The notes under the pieces are model-generated. The model was not told the DNA's origin. It saw only the letters and a list, made by a program, of their open reading frames with translations, and made no database searches. Position numbers and translations under genes: made by a program. A stretch of 64,000 nt of DNA from a bacterium (GTDB lineage: Bacteria; UBA8248), in assembly GCA_965261085.1 (NCBI GenBank), contig OZ253442.1:1760001-1824000 (forward strand), written 5' to 3'. Positions within the stretch are counted from its first letter, which is position 1; every line of letters starts with the position of its first letter. Below, in pieces: positions 36,482 to 46,431 of the stretch.

Positions 36482-37063
36482 TTGGGAGTATTGGGCAACG
36501 TCTATCTCGCGCTGATCCACTACCCTGTGCTCAATCGCGAAGGCGGCGTGGTGACCTCTTCGGTCACGGGCCTCGATATGCACGATCTCGCCCGCGTGGG
36601 CCGCACCTATGGCGTCTCGGGCGTATTTGTGGTACATCCTTCTGCTCCCCAGCGGGCGTTCGTCGAGCGGGTGATAGGGCATTTCGTAGAGGGCCCGGGC
36701 CGCACGTTGCACCCGCAAAGGAGCGAGACGCTCGAATTCCTGGAAGTTCTGCCGTCTTTGGATGTGCTCATCGAAGAGGTGGAACGCAAGGAATCAAAAA
36801 AGCCGCGATGCGTGGCCACGACGGCCAGGCGAGTCCCGGGCGCCGTGGGGTATGAAGCGCTGCGCGGCGAGATGAAGGAGATGGACGCCCCGTTCATCGT
36901 TTTGTTCGGCACGAGTTGGGGTCTGGCGGATGAGGTGTTGGAGATGTCCGAGGTGGTTTTGCTTCCCGTGGAGGCGGAAGATGATACGGGTTTCAACCAT
37001 CTGTCGGTTCGCGGTGCGGCGGCGATTGTGGTAGATCGCATTCTCGGCAAAAGAGAGGTATAG
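36482..37063 (+). CDS. SPOUT RNA methyltransferase (TrmD-associated, DUF2168-like)
   Basis: YLALIHYPV, D.HD.AR, FGT.WGL, NHLSVR.AAAI. Confidence 0.88.
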   Translation: MGVLGNVYLALIHYPVLNREGGVVTSSVTGLDMHDLARVGRTYGVSGVFVVHPSAPQRAFVERVIGHFVEGPGRTLHPQRSETLEFLEVLPSLDVLIEEVERKESKKPRCVATTARRVPGAVGYEALRGEMKEMDAPFIVLFGTSWGLADEVLEMSEVVLLPVEAEDDTGFNHLSVRGAAAIVVDRILGKREV

Positions 37064-37093
37064 TGCCGATTTTCCAGTACAAGGAGCGGGCAG

Positions 37094-37441
37094 GTGAACA
37101 TTATCGATAAAATTGAGCGCGAGGGCATGCGCAAGGACGTTCCCGAATTCGATTCGGGAGATACGGTGCGCGTTCACGTGAAAATCGTCGAGGGCGACAA
37201 AGAGCGCATCCAGGTGTTCGAGGGCGTCGTCATGGGAAGGCAGGGCGGCGGTCTTCGCGAAAGATTTCGCGTTCGCAAACTCTCGTACGGAATCGGCGTG
37301 GAGCGCATCTTCCCGTTGCATTCCCCGAGAGTCGACAAGATAGAAATCACCCGAAGAGGCCGCGTGCGCCGTGCGAAGCTCTACTACTTGAGAGATCGAA
37401 AGGGCAAGGCGGCCCAGGTGAAAGAGCGGCGCAGAAGATAA
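37094..37441 (+). CDS. rplS: 50S ribosomal protein L19
   Basis: [30 protein letters not shown]. Confidence 0.98.
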   Translation: MNIIDKIEREGMRKDVPEFDSGDTVRVHVKIVEGDKERIQVFEGVVMGRQGGGLRERFRVRKLSYGIGVERIFPLHSPRVDKIEITRRGRVRRAKLYYLRDRKGKAAQVKERRRR

Positions 37442-37601
37442 AACAAAACGGAATTTCCCGTTTTCGGGTCTCAATATCTATTCTTGTCCATCGCCGTTTG
37501 TTCCACTAGAATTTCTCCCGCCCAACATATAGACGCGCAACAGGACCCGATTCAGGCGTAGTGCGTTTCAATCTTAACTCTTACGAGGGGAGCATAAGAA
37601 A

Positions 37602-38483
37602 ATGGGACGAATTTCGGCGGTTTTGCTCACGACAATTCTTCTATTCGGGTGTGGAGGAGATGAGAAGTCCAAAGCTCCCGCCGCCATGCCTGGAAACGGC
37701 TCGGATACGGGCGTCGTGCTGGATGAGCGTGCGGCGTTGTCCATAAGCAACAGTTATCTTCGCGTTCAAGCTGCTCCGGGGCTGCCACCTGCGGAATTGA
37801 CTCTCGAATCGCAATGCGACGGGCAGTCCTGCACGATTACGGAACCGCGTACAGGTATCAGTGAATCCGTATCTCTGCAGGAACTCCAATCTACCGACAC
37901 GGACAGCATAGAGAATCTAAGACAGGTAGTACATTTCAGCCTGACGAAGAGGGACGTCGCCGTCTATGGTGGCTCCGTCGGCTTCGAATTGGGGGAGGGC
38001 AGTTCCGTCCACGCCACGGCTTATGGCGGCTGGATGGTCTACAACTATTTCCTCGCGGCTTGGGGAGACTATTCCGATACGACCTACCCGTCGGCCGAAG
38101 TCGGCGTGGGGCTTTCCGTGGGCAACGCGACGGGAAGCCATCCCGACGCGTCGGCTACCTATAACGGCCTCATTCTCGGCGTGGACACCGCAGGAGCCGA
38201 CCAGGGCGACGCTGTGGAAGGAGATGCAACGCTTGAGTTCAGCATGGCGAATCCCGGAGGCGCTCAAATGGATGTCTCTTTCACCAACATAACGAATCGA
38301 ACAACGAAAAGTGCATATAACCCCATCGAATGGAGCAACATCCAGGTCCGGGCCGACGGGACTTTCAATAAGAGAAACGACATGGAAAAAATCCACGGGA
38401 GCTTTTACGGGCCGAATCACGAAGAGATAGGCGGCACTTTCAATCGAGACGGCGTCACCGGCGCTTACGGCGCAAAGAGGTAG
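37602..38483 (+). CDS. Lipoprotein with transferrin-binding-protein-like C-terminal beta-barrel
   Basis: Lipobox LLFGC; C-terminal GSFYGPNHEEIGGTF...GAYGAKR. Confidence 0.75.
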   Translation: MGRISAVLLTTILLFGCGGDEKSKAPAAMPGNGSDTGVVLDERAALSISNSYLRVQAAPGLPPAELTLESQCDGQSCTITEPRTGISESVSLQELQSTDTDSIENLRQVVHFSLTKRDVAVYGGSVGFELGEGSSVHATAYGGWMVYNYFLAAWGDYSDTTYPSAEVGVGLSVGNATGSHPDASATYNGLILGVDTAGADQGDAVEGDATLEFSMANPGGAQMDVSFTNITNRTTKSAYNPIEWSNIQVRADGTFNKRNDMEKIHGSFYGPNHEEIGGTFNRDGVTGAYGAKR

Positions 38484-38842
38484 GTGATTCTTCCGGCTTA
38501 GAAGAAATTCGTTCACTCGACCCAGGAAACGCTAGCGCACCGTGACGACGCGAGCAAAAGAATGCGACCCGCCGCGCGAAGCTCTAAGACTTGAGAGATT
38601 GCAAAGGTAAGGTAGTTACGATTTTCTCCTTTTCAAAAGACGATGTGTAGTCACGGCATTTGCTGTTGCTAATTGGTTGGAGTAGCAATTCGGTTTGACG
38701 GGTCGAAAATCTATCCGATGTCATATTCTTCATCGATTAACTCTTCGAAATTTGTGCTATAAACCACAAGGGATTAATGTATCCCAGAGTGAATAGATTT
38801 TTTTACTTTCACGAAAATGTGGGGGTGTAGGGGGAAATAATA

Positions 38843-39097
38843 ATGGAAAGAAGAAAAAAGGTGCGAGATAGCAAAGGTGTCGAAACGGAAGGAATTGTAG
38901 TTGGCGTAGTAGAGTCTACGGAACGTTGGAGTGATGTGCTTCTTGAGGATGGCACGAGGTTAAGCGTCAAAGTAAATATTGCGGAGGCGATCCGTGTTGA
39001 CAACGATTATGATGCAGACGGAAATCCTGTTTATGCCATCGCTAGTAGCCTTATATCGAGAGTTGTGGATATAGATGAAAAATATAAACGGAAATAA
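38843..39097 (+). CDS. Hypothetical protein (gene 1 of AT-rich cassette)
   Basis: 84-aa ORF, G-rich RBS; ERWS..LEDGT and YDADGNPVY motifs. Confidence 0.75.
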   Translation: MERRKKVRDSKGVETEGIVVGVVESTERWSDVLLEDGTRLSVKVNIAEAIRVDNDYDADGNPVYAIASSLISRVVDIDEKYKRK

Positions 39098-39112
39098 TGA
39101 ATAGAGGCTAAG

Positions 39113-39667
39113 ATGAAAGTTAATATTCCACTTGAAATCACCTATCCCTTTGATGTTTCTCGCACTCCAATCGGGATGCGAAAAATTGAACCTGAGATAA
39201 GTATCCCTAATGAAATAGTCACCCCCGATGTACAGCCAGACTCTACCGAATGGCCTTTTGAAATTGTTTGTCCGAAGACGATACATGAAATTTATGAGAA
39301 ACGAATTGAAGAATTGAATGTGTTTGCTTCAGAAGAAGAAGATCATCCTGGTGTGAGGGATGAATCAACAGGGGACTTTTGGAAATTCATGGGTTCGGTT
39401 TTTTTTGAACAAGAAGTAAGTGTGGTGCTTATGGATAATGGTAATTTGGGTGCCACATGGGAAATGGATAACGAAGGGAAAAATGTAATCGAAATAGATT
39501 TTCTTGGTGAAAATCTAGCGAATTATTTACTTGTAAGAGAAGGAGCATCCCTCCCCCAAATATTTCATGCCTCCGGCACTGATACTCTAGAAGGGGTCAA
39601 GGAACAAATTAGAGTCTTCATCAAACAGATGCCGGAAAGTGATTATGCCCTACGATTTATTGAATGA
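39113..39667 (+). CDS. Hypothetical acidic protein (gene 2, putative antitoxin)
   Basis: 184-aa ORF, GAGG RBS, very acidic, L.DNGN..ATW...IEIDF segment. Confidence 0.7.
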   Translation: MKVNIPLEITYPFDVSRTPIGMRKIEPEISIPNEIVTPDVQPDSTEWPFEIVCPKTIHEIYEKRIEELNVFASEEEDHPGVRDESTGDFWKFMGSVFFEQEVSVVLMDNGNLGATWEMDNEGKNVIEIDFLGENLANYLLVREGASLPQIFHASGTDTLEGVKEQIRVFIKQMPESDYALRFIE

Positions 39668-40064
39668 TTCCCACAATGTTGTGCGCTATGTAAAGCCCTC
39701 ATTAGTCGGAAAAAACCAGAAGATCGATAGCCGAGCTTTTGAACTTCGTGAAACGGATGACGGTTTGTCCGTGAATTGGCTCGAATACTTCGAGGGAAAA
39801 ACGAAAGAGCAACAGTTGGAGGAAGTAAAAGCGCATTGCGAATTGACAATAAGCAAAAATGGAAAGTTCGCTGAACTTAGTGTAGGAGAAACGAAACAAA
39901 GTCTTGCCGAATATGAGGAGTCTGTTTGTTTCGTGCGGAAACCTACAGAATCTGACCCCTCGCATTGCGAGCTTTTTTTTAGCAGACATAGAAAAATGGC
40001 TGAAAGGTTGCGAAGACGTTTGTTATTGAGTTGTATAAAGACGATTCATCCAGTCCCAAGTTAG
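39645..40064 (+). CDS. Hypothetical protein with ADP-ribosyltransferase-like motifs (gene 3, putative toxin)
   Basis: VVRY (R), AF, GLSVNW (S), DPSHC (H); overlaps gene 2 by 23 nt. Confidence 0.6.
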   Translation: MPYDLLNDSHNVVRYVKPSLVGKNQKIDSRAFELRETDDGLSVNWLEYFEGKTKEQQLEEVKAHCELTISKNGKFAELSVGETKQSLAEYEESVCFVRKPTESDPSHCELFFSRHRKMAERLRRRLLLSCIKTIHPVPS

Positions 40065-40075
40065 ACTTTCCCTAC

Positions 40076-41065
40076 TCAACCCTCCAGGAAATTCTGCACC
40101 TCGTTGTATAAAGCCTCGCGGCGCCATTCGTACTGGGCGAAATGCGTGGCGTCGCCCAGGACGACCGAGCGCTTCCCGCGGCTGTTGACGAGCGCGCGGT
40201 ACACGGCGGCGAAAATGGGGTCGGTCGAGCTTCTGTCGTGATCCCCCCGGATGGTCAGAACCGGACAGGTGATTCTGCTCGCATCGTAAAGCGGCTTGTT
40301 GCGCGCGCGGTCGTAGCCGTCCGCCATCGCGCCGTTGGGCACGCGGACGGCAGGGGTTTTTCTGCGCGCGCCTTCGGGGTCGAATTTGAGTTGTTCGCTC
40401 CAGAAGCGCTTGATCGCCTTTTCGGTTCTCCATTTCTCGTGCTGCCCCTTGGGGATGCTGCCGTCCCAGCGCTCGCGCTGGTAGGCTTCCGTGACCCAGC
40501 GCCACGCCCCCTTTCGAGGGTCCCAGCGTCCGGGGCGCGCGGGGTCTTCCGAGAGGGCCGCCGCCTGGGGGTTGTCGTATGCGTAAAACGGAGCGTAGAG
40601 CGCGAGGTGGCGGATGCGTGCCTGTTTTCCGGCCGTGAAGGCGGCCGTGGTCGTCGTGCCCCACGACCAGCCGAGGAGGTTCAGCTTGTTGATGGCGTTT
40701 TGCTCGCAGATGAATCGCACGGCGGCGTCGATGTCGCGCACCGCGGTGATTCCCCTTACGGCCGGCGGTTGGCCTGCGGGGCTTTTCAGCATTTCCGGGG
40801 GCCGCGTGGAGGGGCCGTATCCCCGGATGCAAAGGGCGTAGACGTGAAAACCACGAGCGGCGGCGAAATCCATCCACGAGTAGCCGGGCAGCGGCAGGTC
40901 GAAGGCGACGGGCGCCGGGGTGCTTTGCCCGTGCACCATGAGCAGCGTGTCGGCCGCTTCCGACTTCTGCATTCCGAGTGGTTTTTTTTCTCTCAAATGC
41001 AGCTTGATGCCTTCGTCGTGCGAGTCGATGAGGTGGTCTTTTTGAAAAATGTCTTTCTTTGCCAA
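40076..41065 (-). CDS. Alpha/beta hydrolase
   Basis: VHG, RGYG.S, GWSWG nucleophile elbow, GD.D, ATH; TTG start after GGAG. Confidence 0.88.
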   Translation of the reverse strand: MAKKDIFQKDHLIDSHDEGIKLHLREKKPLGMQKSEAADTLLMVHGQSTPAPVAFDLPLPGYSWMDFAAARGFHVYALCIRGYGPSTRPPEMLKSPAGQPPAVRGITAVRDIDAAVRFICEQNAINKLNLLGWSWGTTTTAAFTAGKQARIRHLALYAPFYAYDNPQAAALSEDPARPGRWDPRKGAWRWVTEAYQRERWDGSIPKGQHEKWRTEKAIKRFWSEQLKFDPEGARRKTPAVRVPNGAMADGYDRARNKPLYDASRITCPVLTIRGDHDRSSTDPIFAAVYRALVNSRGKRSVVLGDATHFAQYEWRREALYNEVQNFLEG

Positions 41066-41240
41066 TGTATTTTCTCCAGTCGGTATTTTCTTCGGTTCAG
41101 GGAATATATTCATCTTCTCAGATTTTCGGGCATCCCCCAAGCCGGATGGGCGACCCCCAAGCCGGATGGCGGGTTTGCGCCTTGAGAACTCCCGGGTTCA
41201 TCGATATATTAGGGCAATCCACCGCCCTGTATGGTCTTTC

Positions 41241-41843
41241 ATGTATTCCATCGAGCTTGATCTCGCAAGAGAAGGCGTCTTGATCGTCGCAGGCGTGGAC
41301 GAGGCCGGGCGCGGCCCCTTGGCGGGCCCGGTGGTGGCCGCCGCCGTGGTGCTGGACCCGGAGAATCCAATCGAGGGTCTCGACGACAGCAAAAAACTGT
41401 CCCCGCGCCAGAGGGAGGCGTTGTTGCCCGAGATTTTGGCGAAAGCGCGCGCCGTCGCCCTGGCGGCGGCTGGGCCGCGTGAAATCGAAAGAATCAACAT
41501 TTTGCAGGCATCGCTTCGCGCGATGGCGACCGCCGTGGAGGGGCTCGGAGTAGCACCCGCGCACATACTTATCGACGGAAACAAGAGGATTCCCGTCCCG
41601 TTGCCGCAAACCCCACTCGTGAAAGGGGATTCGCGGTGCGCCTGCATCGCCGCGGCAAGCCTGGTCGCCAAGGTGTATCGGGACCGGGTGATGGCCCGGA
41701 TGGATATGCGTTTTCCAGGCTATGGCTTCGGGAAGCACAAGGGCTATCCCACGCGGGAGCATCTGGCCGCCCTTGAGCGTCATGGTCCATGCCGCATTCA
41801 TCGGCGCACTTTCCGGGGCGTGCCGGCCGTGGCCGGAGCGTGA
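41241..41843 (+). CDS. rnhB: Ribonuclease HII
   Basis: GVDEAGRGPLAGPV, DSKKL, KGD, HKGYPT. Confidence 0.97.
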   Translation: MYSIELDLAREGVLIVAGVDEAGRGPLAGPVVAAAVVLDPENPIEGLDDSKKLSPRQREALLPEILAKARAVALAAAGPREIERINILQASLRAMATAVEGLGVAPAHILIDGNKRIPVPLPQTPLVKGDSRCACIAAASLVAKVYRDRVMARMDMRFPGYGFGKHKGYPTREHLAALERHGPCRIHRRTFRGVPAVAGA

Positions 41844-41850
41844 GGACGCG

Positions 41851-42210
41851 ATGAGCCGCGAAAGCGGAAAAATCGGAGAAGACGTGGCCGTGAAATTCCT
41901 GCGCCGCCACGGGTATCAAATCATCGAGCGAAACTACCGTGGTTCGCGCTATGAGGTGGATATTGTCGCGCGCGAAGGCGGGGTTCTCTCGTTCGTCGAG
42001 GTGAAGACCCGCGCGCCGGGCAAGTCCTTAAGCGGCGCGGAATCCATCAATCGCGAGAAACAGCGGAGAATCGCCCAAGCCGCGCAGCACTACCTGATGA
42101 CGCACCCGCAAGAGCAATCTTCCGTATGCCGCTTCGACGTGGTGTTACTGGAGGCGGAGACGGGGAAAAAACCAAAGGCGAAAGAACTTATCCGGAATGC
42201 GTTTCAGTAA
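41851..42210 (+). CDS. yraN: YraN family putative endonuclease
   Basis: GE..A..FL, RNYR, EVDIVA, FVEVKTR, RFDVV, NAF. Confidence 0.92.
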   Translation: MSRESGKIGEDVAVKFLRRHGYQIIERNYRGSRYEVDIVAREGGVLSFVEVKTRAPGKSLSGAESINREKQRRIAQAAQHYLMTHPQEQSSVCRFDVVLLEAETGKKPKAKELIRNAFQ

Positions 42211-42262
42211 CGTAGGTTCCCCGATTGTATCTTGCTGATGGGAGAGTCGGCGGTCGTCTCTT

Positions 42263-43042
42263 TCATGGGTTTCGAGAGGCGATCAGGCGCAGACCCAGAA
42301 GGGTCAAATCAGGGTTGATCAGGTCGAAAACCCCTTCTTCTTCATTGAAAGCCAGGCTCTGGCCGCCCGTTGCGACGACTTTCGTTTCGCGCCCCAGTTC
42401 GGTTTTCATGCGGTCGACGATTTCCCGGACAAGGCCACGGTAGCCGTACGCGATGCCGGATTGAATGCTGTGGACCGTGTTTTTTCCGATGACAGAGGGT
42501 GGAACGGCGGTTTCGACCCGGGGAAGCCGGGCCGTTTTGTCGATGAGCGCCTCCAGGGCGATTCCCATGCCTGGCGAAATGGCGCCGCCCAGGTATTCTC
42601 CCCGGGCGGATATCGCATCGAAGGTGATGGCCGTTCCGAAATCGACGATGACCAAGGGTCCGCCGTACAGATGGTGACCGGCGACGGCGTTGACGATTCT
42701 GTCCGCTCCCACCTCACGGGGATTGTCGTATTTTATGGAGATTCCCGTCCGTATTCCCGGGCCGACGACCAGTGGTTTGACGCCGAAATAGCGTATGGCC
42801 ATTTCCTCGAGATTCGGCCCCAGGGGAGGGACGACGCTCGCCATCACCACACGGCCCACGTCCGACATCTGGTGTCCCCCGAGCCGGAACAAGCCTTCCA
42901 TGAGAATGGCCAGTTCATCCGTCGTGCGGCGGGCCACGGAGCCGAGCCTCCAATTCGATATGAGGTCCTCCCCGTCGAAAAGCCCGACGACGGTTTGCGT
43001 GTTGCCTACGTCGATGGCCAACAAGTAGGCGTTTTCGCTCAT
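42263..43042 (-). CDS. coaX: Type III pantothenate kinase
   Basis: DVGNT, VGADR, DFGTA.TFD, ATGG. Confidence 0.95.
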   Translation of the reverse strand: MSENAYLLAIDVGNTQTVVGLFDGEDLISNWRLGSVARRTTDELAILMEGLFRLGGHQMSDVGRVVMASVVPPLGPNLEEMAIRYFGVKPLVVGPGIRTGISIKYDNPREVGADRIVNAVAGHHLYGGPLVIVDFGTAITFDAISARGEYLGGAISPGMGIALEALIDKTARLPRVETAVPPSVIGKNTVHSIQSGIAYGYRGLVREIVDRMKTELGRETKVVATGGQSLAFNEEEGVFDLINPDLTLLGLRLIASRNP

Positions 43043-43806
43043 GGGAGTTCCACCTCGCCGGAGTTTATCCTCTCGATCGACCCGTCGGGTTTTTCCAGGA
43101 GCAGGCAGCCCGCCTCGTCAATCCCGTTGTTTTTTCCAACACACTTCTCATCCCCAACGCGAACGGAAATTCTCTCGCCTATATTATCGCATAAGTGAAG
43201 CCACTGGTTCCGGAATTCACCGAAACCACTTGTTTTATATTCCTTGAGTCGGGCGTCGATGCGCCCTAGAAGGAGATGGAGAAGATGCTCCGCGTCAGGA
43301 ACCCGCCCTCCCGAGAGAAGAACCGAGGATGCTGTTTCTCGCAGTTCGGGGGGGAAATCGACCCGCTGCGTCGTGAGGTTGACGCCTAAGCCTGCGACGA
43401 CGGCGGGGGGCTGATTCGGGGGGCTGATATATTCGCACAGGATTCCACCGATTTTTCTTCCGTCTACCCTCAAATCGTTCGGCCATTTGAGCCCGATACG
43501 AAGGCCCGTCGCCTCTCGGAGGCCCTCTGCGGCGGCGACGCCGAGGAGTAGTGTCACGACGGGTGAAATTTCGGTTTCGCCATCCGGACGAAGCAGGGCC
43601 GAGAAGTAGAGTCCGCCCCCCGGCGGTGAAAACCAGGAGCGCCCCAGCCGTCCTCTTCCTTTGGTTTGGGATATCGCCCGTACGACGAGGCCGCTCGCTT
43701 CGCCTTGCCGCGCACGGGCCGAAACCAGATCGTTGGTGGAACTCGCCTCGTCAATCGTTTCGACCCGCCAGTCCAGCACCTTTTGGTTGGCGCCGATAGA
43801 ATCCAT
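43039..43806 (-). CDS. birA: Biotin--protein ligase (no HTH domain)
   Basis: STN, QT.GRGR.GR.W.SP, KWPND, KIGGIL. Confidence 0.93.
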   Translation of the reverse strand: MDSIGANQKVLDWRVETIDEASSTNDLVSARARQGEASGLVVRAISQTKGRGRLGRSWFSPPGGGLYFSALLRPDGETEISPVVTLLLGVAAAEGLREATGLRIGLKWPNDLRVDGRKIGGILCEYISPPNQPPAVVAGLGVNLTTQRVDFPPELRETASSVLLSGGRVPDAEHLLHLLLGRIDARLKEYKTSGFGEFRNQWLHLCDNIGERISVRVGDEKCVGKNNGIDEAGCLLLEKPDGSIERINSGEVELP

Positions 43807-46428
43807 CTAGTTTTGGAACTCCGATATGCGCTCTGCGCTCTCGCGGAGTTTTTCCGCGCGCTCCTGGGTGTCACGCAGACGGTTTTTGTCCTTATCCACG
43901 ATTTCAGCGGGCGCGCGTTCGATGAAGGAGGGGTTGGCGAGTTTTTTCTCCAGACTCGCTATCGTATCGCTTGCGTCGGCGATTTGTTTGTCGAGACGCT
44001 TCAGTTCTTCTTCGATGTCGATGAGGCCGCCGATGGGGACGAACGCCTGTCCATAGCCGAAAACGGTGTGGGCCGACGCCTTGGGCCGCTCCACGTCGGG
44101 ACCGACCTTCCAGTCGGGCGAGAGCTTCGCCAGTCTCCGTATCCATTCGGATTCGCGCATGATGATGTCGAGTTTCTTGGAGTCGTGCACCTGAATATGC
44201 GCCTCCATCTCCTTGTTGGGGGGAATGTTCAACTCTCCCCGTATGTTCCTGATGCCGCCGATCATGTCCATCAGGGCCTCGAATTCCGCTTCCGCCTCGG
44301 GGTCGTCCCACCCATCCTGCGGCCTCGGCCATTCGGCTATCATGATGCTCTCGCCCTTGCGGTTCGGGAGTTTCTGCCAGATTTCCTCGGTGATGAAGGG
44401 GATGATCGGATGCAGAAGGCGAAGCGTGCGCTCTAGAACTTCGGCGAGCACCGCGCGGCTCTCGTCGCCGCGCTCATCCGAGGTGAGGGCGGGTTTGATG
44501 ACTTCCAAGTACCAGTCGCACAATTCATGCCATGTGAAATGGTACAGCGCCAGCGCGGCGTCGTTGAAGCGGTATTCCTCGAGCGCCTTGTCCACCTGGC
44601 GCGTCAGGTTGTTCAAGCGGCTCATTATCCACCTGTCACCTAGAGAGAGCGCCTCTCTGGGCGGCATGGGAGGAACTTGCTCGCCCAGATTCATCAGGGT
44701 GAAGCGGGCCGCGTTCCAGATTTTGTTGCAGAAATTCCGGTACCCGGCGATTCGCTCCATGGACAGGCGTATGTCGCGCCCCTGGGCGGCCATGGCGGTG
44801 AGCGTGAAGCGCAGCGAATCCGTGCCGTATTCCTCGATGATCTCCAGCGGATCGATAATGTTTCCCCGCGTCTTACTCATCTTTTGTCCCTGCTCATCCC
44901 GCACGAGGGCGTGAATGTAGACGTGGCGAAAGGGGACGTCGTCCATGAACTTGAGTCCCGTCATGATCATTCTGGCGACCCAGAAGAAGATGATGTCGAA
45001 GCCCGTGACCAGAACGGACGTGGGGTAGAAGTATTTCAGGTCGGGATTGTCGTCCGGCCAGCCGAACGTCGAAAAAGGCCAGAGCGCGGAACTGAACCAG
45101 GTGTCGAGCACGTCGGTTTCGCGTCTTAGGTTCGGGTCGCCGGGGTCTTCGCGCGAGACGATGACCTCCCCGGTTTCGTCGTTGTACCAGGCGGGTATCT
45201 GGTGACCCCACCAAATCTGGCGGCTGATGCACCAGTCGCGTATGTTGCGCATCCACTCGAAATAGGTGGATTCCCACTGTTTGGGAATGATTTTGATGCG
45301 TCCATCCTCTACGGCGCGAATCGATTCCTCCGCCAAGGGTTTCGCGCGCACGAACCATTGTTTCGAGAGATATGGCTCGATCACGGTGCCGCAGCGGTAG
45401 CATCCCCCCACGGCGTGGCGATGGGATTCCACCCCGCGCATCAACCCTTGCGCTTCCATGTCGGCGATGATGCGCTTCCGCGCCTCGAACCTGTCGAGCC
45501 CCTCGTAAGGTCCTCCGTTTTCGTTGATTTTCGCACCCGGGGTGAGGATGTTGATTTGCGGCAGATCGTTTCTGAGGCCCGCCTCGAAGTCGTTCGGGTC
45601 ATGCGCGGGCGTGATCTTCACGGCGCCGGAGCCGAACTCGGCGTCCACGAAAGAATCCGCGATGACGGGGATTTTTCTGTCCAGAAGCGGCAGGCGGAGA
45701 TGTTCGCCCACGAGGTTCTTGTATCTCTCATCATCGGGATGAACGGCCACGGCCGTGTCGCCGAGCATGGTCTCGGGGCGCGTCGTCGCGATGGTGACGC
45801 CATCCCCGCCGTCCCAGAGCGGATAATGGAATTCCCAGAGGTGGCCGTCCTGATCTTCGTGATCGACTTCTAAGTCGGAGACGGCCGTCTCGCATCTCGG
45901 GCACCAGTTCACCAGATAATTGTCGCGGTAAATCAGTCCCTCTTCGTAGAGCCTCACGAAGGCTTCGCGCACGGCGCGGGAGAGTCCCTCGTCCATCGTG
46001 AATCGCTCGCGCTCCCAGTCGCACGAAGCACCCAGGCGGTGAAGCTGGCGAATGATGGTTCCGCCGCTCTCGGCTTTCCAGTTCCAGACGCGCTCGATGA
46101 ATTTCTCACGCCCCAGGGATTCTCGTGAGAGGTTCTCCGCGGCGAGTTGGCGCTCCACCACGTTCTGGGTGGCGATGCCCGCATGGTCGGTGCCCGGCAT
46201 CCAGCAGACGCTCAGGCCGCTCATGCGCTTCCAGCGGACAAGGATGTCCTGCAAGGCGTTGTTCAGGGCGTGGCCCATGTGCAGGGAGCCCGTCACGTTC
46301 GGTGGCGGGATGACGATGGAATACGGTTCTTGGCTCTCGCTGGGCGCGCCGTGAAAATATCCGCGCTTCAGCCATTCGGCATACCAGCGATCTTCGGCCC
46401 CTTTCGGGTCGTAACGAGGTTCCAGCAA
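43807..46428 (-). CDS. valS: Valine--tRNA ligase
   Basis: PPPNVTGSLHMGH, DWCISRQIWWGH, KMSK. Confidence 0.99.
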   Translation of the reverse strand: MLEPRYDPKGAEDRWYAEWLKRGYFHGAPSESQEPYSIVIPPPNVTGSLHMGHALNNALQDILVRWKRMSGLSVCWMPGTDHAGIATQNVVERQLAAENLSRESLGREKFIERVWNWKAESGGTIIRQLHRLGASCDWERERFTMDEGLSRAVREAFVRLYEEGLIYRDNYLVNWCPRCETAVSDLEVDHEDQDGHLWEFHYPLWDGGDGVTIATTRPETMLGDTAVAVHPDDERYKNLVGEHLRLPLLDRKIPVIADSFVDAEFGSGAVKITPAHDPNDFEAGLRNDLPQINILTPGAKINENGGPYEGLDRFEARKRIIADMEAQGLMRGVESHRHAVGGCYRCGTVIEPYLSKQWFVRAKPLAEESIRAVEDGRIKIIPKQWESTYFEWMRNIRDWCISRQIWWGHQIPAWYNDETGEVIVSREDPGDPNLRRETDVLDTWFSSALWPFSTFGWPDDNPDLKYFYPTSVLVTGFDIIFFWVARMIMTGLKFMDDVPFRHVYIHALVRDEQGQKMSKTRGNIIDPLEIIEEYGTDSLRFTLTAMAAQGRDIRLSMERIAGYRNFCNKIWNAARFTLMNLGEQVPPMPPREALSLGDRWIMSRLNNLTRQVDKALEEYRFNDAALALYHFTWHELCDWYLEVIKPALTSDERGDESRAVLAEVLERTLRLLHPIIPFITEEIWQKLPNRKGESIMIAEWPRPQDGWDDPEAEAEFEALMDMIGGIRNIRGELNIPPNKEMEAHIQVHDSKKLDIIMRESEWIRRLAKLSPDWKVGPDVERPKASAHTVFGYGQAFVPIGGLIDIEEELKRLDKQIADASDTIASLEKKLANPSFIERAPAEIVDKDKNRLRDTQERAEKLRESAERISEFQN

Positions 46429-46431
46429 AGG

